A DNA stretch of 64,000 nt from Octopus sinensis. Taxonomy: Eukaryota. A program made the position numbers and the translations under genes. Position 1 is the stretch's first letter. Each line of letters opens with the position of its first letter. The stretch is from positions 126,418,001-126,482,000 of the forward strand of contig NC_042997.1 in assembly GCF_006345805.1 (NCBI RefSeq). The letters run 5' to 3'. Shown here piece by piece: positions 1 to 13,392 of the stretch. The notes beneath the pieces were generated by a model. The model had not been told where the DNA came from. It ran no database searches and worked only from the letters and a program-made list of their open reading frames with translations.

Positions 1-329
1 CACGCTGTGTACGTGGATATATGTATGTATACATATATACACCCTACTTAAAACAAGCATGCCTAGCATAATAATATGTATGTATGTATGTATGGAAATA
101 TTTACAAAAATTCATATTCTAATGAGTATTTAAATGGTCTTATACAATATTAAGCAGCCACTCATTTGAAATAACACTATATTTTATTAACATGGTCACA
201 TTATAATTAAAATCTTATTTTTTTATATAATCAATCAACTCTACTAATATTTTAAATTATTTATTTAAATCTTTGCTTTTTTTTGCTTTCTTTTTAATGC
301 AATTATGATTCTAGTAATGCAGAAATTGC

Positions 330-850
330 TGAAAATAGTCAATAATAAAAATAAAACAAAATTTTTCAAAAAGTCATATTTTTTGCTATTGATTTGTCAG
401 TTTGTTGGTCTTTGAGACAATTTGCTAAAGACGTTCTAAAAGCAAGTGAAATATTATAAAATGCAACTAGTTTCTTATTTATTTTCGGTTTGTTAAACTG
501 TGTCAAATGTTCAAAATATAAAGAGCGAGCAGCTGTTGCCATACTGCCATACAAGGACATATCTTTCATAACACTGGAAATGCCATACATGTGATTGATA
601 TAAAATAAACTTATAAGAAATTGTGATAAGAGTTTCTTAAAGAAATATAAGAAAAAGAAATGATAAGATGGCATATCATGAATAGGTTTTGAATAGACAG
701 AAAAATATATATTAATTAAGGAAAGATACCAGAGACCTAATTTGAAGGTTTCAGCTGTGACCAAATCTGTCGGGAGACTTCTTGAATTGTGATACAAAAT
801 TTTGGGAAGAATCAGGAATTGTCATATCAAATTTTATATATCATTCATTT
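330..850 (+). mobile_element. Possible heavily decayed MULE/Mutator-like transposase fragment
   Basis: One + frame with stops reads FAIDLSVCWSLRQFAKDVLK...RAAVAILPYKDISFITLE...RYQRPNLKVSAVTKSVGRLLE...HIKFYISFI, loosely like MULE GCxFHFxQA / LALAFLPxxDV / RTNNxxExxH..HPxIxxFI. Confidence 0.25.
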
Positions 851-1467
851 AGTTGAGATGATTGATAGCAGACAGGTGCATTTGAGTAACAACAACAACA
901 ACAACAATGACAACATCAACAACAACAGCAACAACAGTATCACTTTCAATAAATCAGTAATTTCCACCATTGATTAACAAGTTCTTCAAGAATTTGCTTT
1001 ATACAGGAAAAGATAAGGCTATTCCAGTATACTGGTACAGAATTTGTTCTAGATTTGATTATTTATTTATCTAATTATTTAGATAGGGCAAAGATCATGA
1101 AAAATCTCAGAAACTACATGAGTGGCAAAGTTATCCTAAAACCAGAGACTAAATGGTCTGTCTTTCATGCTGGTATGGAATGGCTGGTTCAATAGGATCT
1201 AGTGACTCACAGTGCTACGTTGAGCTCCAGTGTATGCTCTGGCATAGTTACTGCAACTGAATGCTTCCACTAATACCATCCACTTTATATGGTATAGCGG
1301 CTGCTTTTATTTATGGCACCAGTACTTCTGAGAGTGTATTACCGTTTACAAGCTTTGGTGCCTATTATTAAAAACTCAAAGTAACAGGTGATCCTTTTAT
1401 ATTACATTTACATATGTACATACTAGCAGAGACACCCAGCATTGCTCAGGATTAAAATGGCTTAGCT

Positions 1468-1762
1468 TCATCATCATCATCATCATTTAACGTCCGCTTT
1501 CCATGCTGGCATGGGTTGGACGACTTGACTGAGGTCTGGCGAACCAGACTCCAATTTGATCTGGCAGAGTTTCTACAGCTGGGTGCCCTTCCTAATGCCA
1601 ACCACTCCGAGAGTGTAGTGGGTGCTTTTACGTGCCACTGGCATGAGGGCCAGTTTGGTGGTACTGGCAACGGCCATGCCCAAATAGTGCTTTTTACATG
1701 CCACCTGCACAGGAGCCAGTCCAGCGGCACTGGCAACGACCTCGCTCGAATATTTCACATGC
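1468..1762 (-). repeat. Family A RTE-3'UTR retroposon copy
   Basis: (cat)n-ttaacgtccgctttccatgctggcatgggttggacg...caaccactccgagagtgtagtggg core shared by about 20 copies. Confidence 0.9.
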
Positions 1763-2019
1763 CACTTATTCGAGTGAGGTCGTCACCAGTGCAGCTGGAC
1801 TGGCTCCTGAAACAGGTGATATGGGAAAGTGCTGCATTGACAAAACATTTGTGGAGTAAATGATGGGCTAATTCGACTAAGCAACATGCTATGCATCTGT
1901 TTGGAGTATTTCAGGCCCTAACCTGTGGGGGTTATGTGATTTTTGAATGCACCAAGAAACTGTCAGTGGATATACTCTCTTTTGCAGCAGTCAGCGCTAT
2001 GTCTAACACGACCCATCAT

Positions 2020-2750
2020 CTGAAATGTTGACACCTCCTTCGGATTTGGTGTTCTACATCACTCATAAAGTAAATTTGGAGGAACTGTGGTTGTTCATTT
2101 GTGGGTAACAGGGAACCAATGAGGTGATAGACTTGTCCTTGAACTTTGACATCATAAATTCATGTTTATCTATCTTCTTAGATGCACCAAACGATGTCAT
2201 TTGCAGAGTTGTATTGTCTGATATTGTTCAGAAAATCCTTTGACTGGATGGAAATGTCTTCTAGAAGATCCATAAGAAGTTGGGAAGGAGCTGGTAGTGC
2301 TGGCAATGTTACCTGACTGCCTGAGTAGCACATACCATTTGTCTCATTTGAAAATTTAAAAGCTCTCTAGAGAAAAGACAATTTGTGTTTAGCACACCAA
2401 TTTGGACAGAGCTATTATTTTTATAAGAATGGGATGGATCATATCTAAAAATAGCTTCAGAAGTTGTGAAGAACGAATTTGTACGTAGCCTGTTTCTGAG
2501 AGCTATTCTATTGGACTTCTGTCTAATAATTAAAACATTGATTTAATGATCCAGCATTAAGTGCTTGCAACATGCATTTGCTGATGTTGAGAAAATCTCA
2601 TCTAGCTTCTCTCTTCAGACTCTCACCTTCGGTTTTCTACAATCCTCCTTGCTTTATACTTGTTTCTGGAGAGATTACATCTTTTCTTTGGTGCCATATT
2701 TTTCTCAATATTGTAAACAAAAAATTATGAACATAGAAAGAAATTATACA
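2020..2750 (-). mobile_element. Helitron Rep-helicase N-terminal fragment (frameshifted)
   Basis: Minus strand reads AIFRYDPSHSYKNNSSVQIGVLN..AFKFSNETNGMCYSGSQVTLPALPAPSQLLMDLLEDISIQSKDFLNNIRQYNSA/MTSFGA/KVQGQVYHLIGSLLPTNEQPQFLQIYF, matching conserved Helitron motifs NIRxYNSxFxMTSFG and KVQGQVYHxIGSLLP. Confidence 0.88.
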
Positions 2751-4489
2751 TTAATCCCTATTTTTGGAAGCAGTTGTATCTATAAAAATTTTATTTCAAG
2801 AGAGCATAAATTGAAAGAAGATAAAGCAAAAAGAACAGAGAAAGAAAGTGAAAGATGTATGTAAATCTATATGAAATGAATATGTGTGTGTGTGTGTGTG
2901 TGTGTGCTTGCATTTGTGTATGTGAGAGAAGAAGAGGGTGAGAAAGAGAGATAGAGTGAGTGAAGGTGTGTGTCGTGATGATTGACATCTTTTAAGGTAG
3001 ACACACATGTGGCATAATAGTATAAATAGAAAATGTGGCATAATAGTATAAAATTTTTGCAATAGTTGATTTATAGAAAAGGTTATGTTAATCTTTTGAA
3101 ATGCAAATATGTGAATGAAAATTAAGTTTAATTTGTAACCAAAATAGTACTGAATCTTTTGTACCTCATACATCAAAATTTGTAATTTGATTTTGCAAAG
3201 CATAAGGAATATATAATATCAATGAGACAGACCTCTACATGGTAGCCAGATCTGGTGGAAATAGCAGCCTAATCTCCCCTAAAACACCCTACTGTCTTAA
3301 TCCAACAATTCTGCCTATTATGTAGTTTGAATGAGAAACTAACTAAAGATTAAGATTATTAACCCCACACAGAGAGGAAAGAAGAAAGACAGCATAGCAA
3401 CGGTTTTGGCTGACTGTCATCCTTGCTGCTAGTGAAATGGTATATGCTGGCTGTCTGAGCAACTGGTTGTTTTAATGATGGAACAAACAAGACAGTAAAG
3501 ACAAAAATAGTGATGTGGTTTGTGAGCAAGCTACTTACCACACAGCCACTCCTGTGCCTGAAAACGTTTTTAATAAAATGTTTTGGATGTGAATAGATCT
3601 CCACTCTCCTCTTTGTTATTGTCATCGTTTAATGCCTGTCTACCATTTTGGCCTGGGTTGGATCAGTTGTCAGTTGGGTCTGGCAAGCCAGAAGACTGCC
3701 CCAAGCTCCACTGTCTGTGTTTGACACGATTTCTACAGCTGGATGCCCTTCCAAATGTGAATCACTTTACAGAGTGGGCTCCGTGATTTTTACATGGCAC
3801 CAGCACTATAACAGTAGCTGGTTGACCTGGTTGAACTGTGCCTTTAGTAGAAGACATTTGCCCAAGGTGCCATGTAATGGAGTTGAACCTAGAACCATGT
3901 GGTTCAGAAACAAACTTCTTATCACACAACCATACCTGTGTATGAGTATTTAAGAGCCATATTGTGGTGGTGTTATACCAGGTGATACATTAAACCCATT
4001 ATCCAAGAACAGAAACTGTAACATCAGGCTTCCGCACAGTTTCTATTTACAAAATTTCATTCACAAGACTGAGTGGGATTGAAACCAGAACCAAGTGGTT
4101 GGGAAGTGAATTTCTTAACGACCCTGCTATGTTTACCCCCATTGTAATTTCATAAAAAAATTATTTAGATGTGGTTATTATTGTTTAAATCCATGCCAAC
4201 CCTGATTAAAGACATTCCAATTAGGTAGATTATCTATGACTACTTTATCCAGTGTGTACCTTGCGCTTCTAAAATTGTAGAATATAATTCAATGAGATCT
4301 GGATGTTATTTCTGATAAGCTGTACCACCAGACAGAAGTTTCTGAGTTGGCTCAAATACACCTGTGGGTTTGTGTGCTTGTGTTGTTATTGATGTTGTTG
4401 TTGTTGTGTGTGTGTTTAGATTTAGGGGTGACTTGGGTCAAAGCAATACTTTAAAAAACATATTTGTATTTAAATACATATATGTCTAC

Positions 4490-4586
<97 letters not shown>

Positions 4587-4587
4587 C

Positions 4588-4624
<37 letters not shown>

Positions 4625-4704
4625 CATCCATCCATCCATCCACCCACCCAATCCCACCCACCTACCTACCCACCTACCTACCTACCTACCTACATACCTA
4701 CCTT

Positions 4705-4929
4705 TTTACTACCCACAAGGGGCTAAACACAGAGGGGACAAACAAGGACAGACAAACAGAGTAACTCAATTACATCGACTCCAGTGCGTAACTGGTACTT
4801 TATTTATCGACCCCAAAAGATTGAAAGGCAAAGTCGACCTCGGTGGAATTTGAACTTAGAACGTAACAGCAGACGAAATACTGCTAAGCATTTTGCCCGG
4901 TGTGCTAACGATTCTGCCAGCTCGCCGCC
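4705..4929 (-). repeat. Family C SINE
   Basis: Reverse of ggcggcgagctggcagaatcgttagcacaccgggcaaaatgcttagc...gttcaaattccaccgaggtcgactttgcctttca...ttgtgggtagtaaa. Confidence 0.88.
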
Positions 4930-5515
4930 TTTTCCTACCTACCTACCTACCTACCTACTTCTGTATGTATGTATGTATGTATGTATGTATGTATGTATGT
5001 ATGTATGTATGTATGTATGTATCTATCTATCTATCTATCCATTTATCTATCATTCTATGTTTCTATCTGACTGTCTGTCTACCTGTCTGTTTGTCTGTCT
5101 GTCTATAGAATACAATCAATAACAAGTTATTGATTGTATTCTATAATTGTATAACAAGTAATAAGAGTTGTTAGTGAAAATTACATCATAGCTGCACAAG
5201 CCACTCATCAGGTGCACATACAAACTACGACCAACTTGAGTAAAATGGTCTTCAATTGTACTCAAGTCAGTCATAGATTGTTTGTGCACTTGGTGAATGA
5301 ATTGTTCAAACATGACACAAACTAAAAAATGATTTATAGTCTACCCAGTGAATTGTATTATATTATACTACAATATAATAACACATTCCAGCCAAGCATG
5401 GAGTACTCTCAGTACTCTATTAATCATTAATCAAAATAAGCAAGTGCTTAGGATATCAAGAGAAAGGCAACACCAGAGAAATGGTAAATGGTTTATGACA
5501 CAAAAGAAATCACTT

Positions 5516-5840
5516 TCATCATCATCATCATCATCATCATCGTTTAATGTTCGCTTTCCATGCTAGCATGCGTTGGACGATTTTGACTGAGGACTGGTGA
5601 AACAGATGGCAGCACCAGGCTCCAATCTTGATCTGGCAGAGTCTCTACTGCTGGATGCCCTTCCTAACGCCAACCACTCCGAGAGTGTAGTGGGTGCTTT
5701 TATGTGCCACCGGCACGGGGGCCAATCAGGTGGTACTGGCAATGACCTCGCTTGAATCTTTTTATACATGCCACCGGCACAGGTGCCAGTAAGGCGACGC
5801 TGGTAATGATCATGCTTGAATGGTGCCTTTTACATGCCAC
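5516..5840 (-). repeat. Family A copy
   Basis: Same core sequence. Confidence 0.9.
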
Positions 5841-6132
5841 CTTATTTTTACCATGTATAAAAGCTGATGTGTTATATCAGAGTAATTTTGAGGATCTGAT
5901 CAAAGATTTTGCCATAGAAAAAAAGTAGGACATCTCGATTCTTTCTCACATACTGTCTTGCAACATGAAACACATCAAATCTTTGGTCCTCATGATGCAG
6001 AACATTGGCAAATGTTTTCTTATTTGCTCCCCCTCTGGCTAAGTAAACTTGTCTCCTAGCGTCCCTTCTGGCAATCTGATACAGTTCCTTGTTACCACTA
6101 TTCTTCTAGTCCTTCTTTTCCCTATACTTTTA

Positions 6133-6335
6133 CTCTTTTTTACTTGTTTCAGTCATTTGACTGCGGCCATGCTGGAGCACCACCTTTAGTCGAGCAAATC
6201 GACCCCAGCACTTATTCTTTGTAAGCCTAGTACTTATTCTATCAGTCTCTTTTGCCGAACTGCTAAGTTATGGGGACATAAACACACCAGCACCGGTTGT
6301 CAAGCGATGTTGGCGGGACAAACACAGACACACAA

Positions 6336-6379
<44 letters not shown>

Positions 6380-6560
6380 GTATATATATACATATATACG
6401 ACAGGCTTCTTTCAGTTTCCATCTACTAAATCCACTCACAAGGCTTTGGTCGGCCTGAGATTATGGTAGAAGACACTTAGCCAAGGTGCCATGCAGTGAA
6501 ACTGAACCTGGAACAATGTGGTTCGTAAGCAAGCTACTTACCACACAGCCACTCCTGCAC
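6133..6560 (-). repeat. Family B tRNA-derived SINE
   Basis: Head ggagtggctgtgtggtaag (A box) ...ggttcagt (B box), ccttgggcaagt core, internal (TA/TG)n, tail tccagcatggccgcagtcaaatgactgaaacaagtaaaaga. Confidence 0.9.
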
Positions 6561-6618
<58 letters not shown>

Positions 6619-6715
6619 AAATGAAGAAAATGCTGACAAATAATTGAAGTAATTTAAGTAATTTAATTAGGTGAAAGTTCTTTTTACCGGTTGCGCATTT
6701 GTTATGCTTATCAAA

Positions 6716-6746
<31 letters not shown>

Positions 6747-7098
6747 TACTTATACATGTATGTATAACTATACATATACATATACATACATGAACACAGC
6801 TTGATGCAATCACCAAGTCCCGGGTTCAGTTCCACTGCTTGGTACTTCAGGCAAGTATCTTTTACCAGGGCCTTGGGTTAACCCAAAACTTTTGGCTGAA
6901 ATTTGGTCAATGGCATTCAGAGGTCCTGCCATGTCACATGTTGTACTTTGCTGATTCACCACCTTAAGAATTATGTTATGGTTACACCTGTCTGTGGAAT
7001 ACACAGCCATTTACATACTAATTCAATGGATAAGTTATTTAGTTGATAAAAGAACTGAATAATTCAGCATTGAAATTAACAGCAAATCCAATAATTTT

Positions 7099-8230
7099 AT
7101 GCACACACACACACCCACTCTCTTTCTCTTTCACACAAACACACGCACACACATGTACACGTACACACACACACACACACATACACGCACACGCACACAC
7201 ACAAACACACACACACAACTTTCTCTCCCCATACACTCATACACATACACACTCACACACACCCACACACTAACATTCACACATACTCACACACACACTC
7301 ACTCCAATACACACATTCTCATACACACATTCTTACATCCACACACACATACACATTCTCACACACATTCACATACATATACACATTTACATACATACAC
7401 ACATGCATACATGCACATATACGCACACACACATACACACATACTCACACACATTCACATACACATACATACATATACACACTTACACACATACACACAT
7501 ACACACATGCATTCATGCACATATACACACACACAAACTCACACACATTCACATACCATACATATACACAATTACACACACACACACATGTATCCATGCA
7601 CATATGCACACCACACACACACACACATACACACATACACACATACACACATACACACATACACACATACACACATGCATACATGCACACACACACACAC
7701 CACACACACACACATACACGCACACGCACACACACAAACACACACACACAACTTTCTCTCCCCATACACTCATACACATACACACTCACACACACCCACA
7801 CACTAACATTCACACATACTCACACACACACTCACTCCAATACACACATTCTCATACACACATTCTTACATCCACACACACATACACATTCTCACACACA
7901 TTCACATACATATACACATTTACATACATACACACATGCATACATGCACATATACGCACACACACATACACACATACTCACACACATTCACATACACATA
8001 CATACATATACACACTTACACACATACACACATACACACATGCATTCATGCACATATACACACACACAAACTCACACACATTCACATACACATACATATA
8101 CACAATTACACACACACACACATGTATCCATGCACATATGCACACACACATACACACACACATAATCACATACATTCACATACATATACATACATATACA
8201 CACTTACACACATACACACATGCATACATG

Positions 8231-8263
<33 letters not shown>

Positions 8264-8275
8264 TCACACACATAA
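7099..8275. repeat. Complex (CA)-rich tract with ~533-bp internal tandem duplication
   Basis: Unique anchor caactttctctccccatacactc at 7216 and 7749. Confidence 0.9.
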
Positions 8276-8492
8276 ATATACACATATACCATGTACATAT
8301 GTGTATATCAATATTTGTTCCAACATGTTTAAACAACTCTTATGTTTTCAACACATCATGTAGAGAATAGTATTTCATTTGTCTGTTCATAATTATATTT
8401 ACGCAACCAAGAATCATAATTGAAAGACTGTTTTAGACTATGAATTTAATAAGTGATGAAATGTTTATTAATAATTAATATATTTATTCCAG

Positions 8493-8685
8493 TTCCATTG
8501 GACTCACTTTGTGCTGTGAGGTTGGTGAATGCAACAAAAACAAAAGCATCACCAAAAACATCTCCAGTTTCTTCCCCAAAGTCATCACCAAAGATGAGAA
8601 GGCAGAAAGCAGAGCAAGACTTTCGTGGTCAACCACAGATTGTGAAATCAACTTCTGGTCTCAAATGGAATGAAAAATTTGAACT
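8493..8685 (+). CDS. Host gene exon A (internal; upstream exons not found in window): C2 domain N-part, Munc13-4/BAIAP3-like
   Basis: Acceptor tatttattccAG. Reads xPLDSLCAVRLVNATKTKASPKTSPVSSPKSSPKMRRQKAEQDFRGQPQIVKSTSGLKWNEKFEL; IVKSTSGLKWNEKFEL matches the C2 motif VKxxTLNPxWNExF. Phase 1 in, phase 2 out at GCAAGT. Confidence 0.85.
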
Positions 8686-8878
8686 GCAAGTAGACTTCCC
8701 TGTTTTTTTAAATTCATTTTAAAAATAATTTTTAACTCTTTTCCTGTCCAAAGCATTTTCATAAATTTGACCAAAATGCCCATGCTTGTTTGCAGACTTC
8801 TTTTGGTTATTGGAAGTTTGGTTTAGTTGGTGGGTTATGTGTGGTGGCACTATATTTGTTGATAGGTAATATATAGAG

Positions 8879-9806
8879 AATACCAAACTCGTTCCCTATG
8901 GATACCGTATTTATTACAACTATGGCTTGTAAATGTATCTAACGAGCGAAAGCGAGTTAGATACGTTTACAAGCCACGAGTTGTAATAAATACGGTATCC
9001 ATAGGGAACGAGTTTGGTATTTTATTTATTACACACGAATAAACGACCATATTTTATTAACCCAATAACTAAATTCTTCACATCGTGTTGAAGCGCGCAT
9101 GAATACAGCTTGATTTCACGTCAGTGACGTCACAATGTGTAACTATAAAAGATGTCATGCCGCAGGAAGATAGTCCGACTTTATAGCGCTAAGTTTTCAG
9201 GTGAAATGACTGATAACTGATGACTGTTTAACATTTTGTGAACATTCAAGTTCACGTTCAAGAAATACATAACACAGATTGAATCTTCAATAACTTTAAT
9301 AATACTCAAACCTGATTTCGAGTAGCAATGTCAGTCAGAGTAGAGCACAACAGTCCATGCAGTCCAGTAAAACTTAACAGTCCTCATTATCTGTGAGACG
9401 AGGTCGCTTTGCATCTGAACCAAAGAAGTTCACATTGATTGTTCCCCCATATATTGGAGTCGAGAAAATGGAGTGCACTGAACCAAAGCAAGTGACAGCG
9501 GTCCGAGATTGACTCGACATAACGTTGATGGTGGAGGGGAGATCACTTGCACTCGCTGCTGCTGTGTGTGACGGAAGTACAAGTGAACCAGGCTGGTCGT
9601 TGTTGCTACTAAGGATGTTACTGATGGCACGATGACGATCCATGGAAATATTGCTGTAACTACGAATGACAAAAGTAGTGCCGTCACCGTGACCTCAGGT
9701 CATCACCATGGATTGACCAATCAGAAGCAGCACTCGCAGTATCTGACATATGTTAGATACCAAAAATATCTCAAAGTGTTCTCACTCACATGTGTGTAAT
9801 AAATAC
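8879..9806 (-). mobile_element. Crypton-like (tyrosine recombinase) transposon remnant with long hairpin
   Basis: Minus 9374-9712 reads MVMT*GHGDGTTFVIRSYSNISMDRHRAISNILSS...IYGGTINVNFF, resembling the YR box II TGH...SY..S..Q...S.IL tail. About 65-bp-arm hairpin at 8879-9021; 14-bp inverted repeat tatttattacacac/gtgtgtaataaata near 9023 and 9793. Confidence 0.6.
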
Positions 9807-9855
9807 ATATATAGATAGAGATAGAGAGAGAGAGAACAAAGTGTACGTACGCCAC

Positions 9856-9909
<54 letters not shown>

Positions 9910-11364
9910 AAATACAAAATGGGACAAGAACGCAAAACATCCGGACAACTAGGTGATACAAAAAGGGACAACAAAACATCAACTGGGGACGAATTGAATT
10001 TAGCTGGCATGTGTTGAAATGAAACCTTATGGCAGAGATTCAAAACTTTCACAAACACAGGCAAGAATATGAATGTGGCAGTGACCACAGTCAGATGCAA
10101 AAAGAGGGCTAGCAGTCTGGCCAATCAGTCACTTGAGAAGAGAAGAGAGAGAAAAGTAGGAAATATGAAATATGAAAGCAATAATGTGAGAAAAAATGGA
10201 AAACAGGACAAGTAAACACAGAGAATGACCCTTCATCAGTTGTTGGCTGTCTATCTACTCCTCATTTTGAGCATTCAATAACAGTATGAGTCTTCAAAGA
10301 CAGTTGCTCCCATAAATTCTAAAATCAAATTTAGGATTTATGGAGGGTCTAAGTTAGGAACAAAGACAGGACAGTGGAGACATACAAGGAGACCAAACGA
10401 AAACAAACATGGAGGGTCGTTAGACCAGAATGAGAGGAAAATAATGAATGCTGGGAGAAATGTTTTCTTTGAAAAGAGAAAAGATAGAAGAGAGAGAATG
10501 AAAATGTTCATTCCTTTGAACGTTCGTGCAGGAAAAGATGGTTACGTGAGGAAAAGAAAGATGGACGATGGTCACGTGTGAGCAATGAGAGAGAGAAAAA
10601 GAGAAAGAGGTGGGGAGAGAGAGAGACAGATAGAAAATGGTGACAGAGAGAAGGGAGAAAAAGGGAATTAGAGAAGGATGGAGGAAGAAAACAGCTTTTG
10701 TTTCATATGTTCTGAGTAATATAGGCTTCTTACCATAAACTACTCTGGTGGCTGAAAAATTGGGGATGAATATCATGTGATTTATAGACACAAAAATTAT
10801 GCCCTCTGTTTCACATCTGATACACAGGACAAGGAAAGAGTTAAAATCCATGAATGAATTGTTTGATTATTTAGTCTGATGTCATGTGATGATTGTAAAC
10901 CAGCATCACCATCATTATTACCATGGTTTGAAACAGATAAGGGTTGGTGACAGTAAAGTCATCTGGCCATAGAAAAATCTACTTTTAGGAATTTAGACTG
11001 ACACATGCAAGAATGGAAAAGTGAACTTTAAATGATAATGAGGAAATGATGATGAGAAGATACAAGACCAATTATCTTTGTAGGTGGTTCACTTCTTGAA
11101 AAATTCTGCCCATGGTTGTCACAATGCTTCCTTTATGTTGCAGTGATGTAATGTTAAGTAAAAACATTGAGTAAAGGTGAGTAGGCTTTTGTGTGTGTGT
11201 AAGTAGTGGTGGTGGTGGTGGGCAGGATGCTGCTTGCTGCTTCAAAATAGAGGAGATGTTGATGTTGAGGAGACACAGAGAGAAGACAATATCTCTAGAC
11301 TATCCATCTATTTAGTGAGCTACTTAACTATCTGTATGCCAGATGTTCCTCTGTTAGACATTTA

Positions 11365-11367
11365 TAA

Positions 11368-11424
<57 letters not shown>

Positions 11425-11737
11425 TGTGTATGTATATGTGTATGTGCATTCGCACACTCATGTGTCTGTGTATGTTTGTGTGTGAGTGTGTGCATGTGTA
11501 TGTGTGTATGTATATGTATATTTACATACATACATACTTACATACATACATACATACATACATACACAAATACATATATACATACATACATGTATGTATA
11601 TATTTATAAATATATATATATATGCATATGCATATATACACACATATACATGCACATATGCATGCACATACACACACATACATGCACACACATAAATGCA
11701 CACACATGTATACATACATACATAGATATATACATAC

Positions 11738-11772
<35 letters not shown>

Positions 11773-11792
11773 ATATATATATAATATATATA

Positions 11793-11888
<96 letters not shown>

Positions 11889-12019
11889 CAGAGAGAAAGA
11901 GACGGAATGTATATAAATACATATATCTTGTTGTATCTCAGGGGGGTCATTATGCAGACCAAATACAAAAACCATATATATGTTTATGCATATGCATACA
12001 TACATATATACATACTTAC

Positions 12020-12072
<53 letters not shown>

Positions 12073-12140
12073 TTATTTATATATATATATGTATATATTT
12101 ATATATACACATACACACCTCTACATATGTGTATGTATGT
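11365..12140. repeat. Compound microsatellite (TA/TG/CA/GA)
   Basis: Direct inspection. Similar tracts at 4485-4700, 14300-14930, 15230-15670, 57130-57600, 58880-59240 and 59790-60305. Confidence 0.95.
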
Positions 12141-12759
12141 ATTTCATAGCTAAATGTCTGACATGAGTTATTGCCAAAATAGTTCATAGTTCCACACTAT
12201 TAACCCCATCTTTCATGTTAATTATATATATAACTGTAGTTGTTCCAATATCCCTGTTACTTTTGTCAATGATTTAAGAGTATTTATATATATATATAAG
12301 TATGCACCTCCCTCCACTCCTAGATACATTTACCACAAAAGTATATATGTTTAAGTCATCTTATATAGTTCTTCAAATCAACAGGGGATCATTTATATGA
12401 CCAATCAACCTGTCAGAAATAGCAGCCAAATACATTTTAAATAATATCTTACTGTTTTTAAAATAGTAGGACACTCTAGGTAATATATTTGTGGAGATAC
12501 AAGGGGTTAATGGCCATGACTGGAAAGCTGCTGATATTGTCCTGATCATTCAGAGAACAGACTTGAGGATAAACTATGACAGCTACAAAATACACTTTGG
12601 TGCTGTATACTTTGAAAATCTATCTATATATATAAAGCTGAAGTTGTCTGTCTATGGCAGGTTTGGTAGCCTTCAACTAACACTATCTCCTCCGAGACCC
12701 TGAGGCGCAAGTTGACCAAAACTGAGTGTATGATAGAAGAAAACTTGCTCTTCCTTCTG

Positions 12760-13012
12760 TAGAAGATAAAATTCAAATCAGACCATGTTAACACCAAAAA
12801 TTATTTACATCAAAAAGGTGCTTTTTTCCTATGAAAATCTCCGTTTTTTATGATTTTTTTACTGCTGTGTCGCCATTTTTCAGTGTATTTCAATCAGAAA
12901 AATGTTCACTTAAAGAGAATAACAAGCTACATAATGCAAAATTTTTACTTTTCAAAAATTCCAATTCTAAAGGGTCGAAATAAATCCGAGCAATGCCAGG
13001 CGATACTGCTAG
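12760..13012 (+). mobile_element. Non-autonomous Helitron-like 3' end
   Basis: Ends ccgagcaatgccaggcgatactgCTAG|t: a GC-rich subterminal segment then CTAG before T. Confidence 0.35.
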
Positions 13013-13187
13013 TATTTATTATAGTCAAAATACTAGACCAGCGGTTCTCAACTGGGGTCATATAAAGGGGTCCATATGAACCTTGTGCGGTCCATATAAG
13101 ATTTTTCATTCAAATTTATGTGCAGTCAACTGGTTATGCTTTTATAATGCACAAAACATTTTAAGACCTATTCTATACAATCTATAG

Positions 13188-13349
13188 GTGCAAGAGTGGC
13201 TGTGTGGTAAGTAACTTGTTTACCAATCACATGGTTCTGAGTTCATTCCCACTGCGTGGCACCTTGGGCAAGTGTTTTCTACTATAGCCTTGGGCCGACC
13301 AAAGCATTGTGAGTGGATTTGGTAGATGGAAACTGAAAGAAGATTGTTG

Positions 13350-13392
<43 letters not shown>

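Noticed and set aside
1516-1863. Recurrent MDDLTE..DLAEFLQLDALPNANHSESVVGAF ORFs as a gene family
   Set aside because: Antisense translations of the family A retroposon UTR.
7043-8370. Long HT/CV-rich ORFs (up to 290 aa)
   Set aside because: Translations of (CA)n/(TG)n microsatellite; likewise the YI, SIYL, poly-H, poly-D and poly-P ORFs elsewhere.
8686-8695. Canonical GT donor at 8690
   Set aside because: Poor consensus (GTAGAC), and it frameshifts exon B into a stop.
8453-8722. Supplied 89-aa ORF as a stand-alone gene
   Set aside because: It is exon A plus intronic read-through at both ends.
10225-10245. CTGATGAAG on the minus strand as a hammerhead
   Set aside because: No stem II partner or GAAA at a suitable distance.
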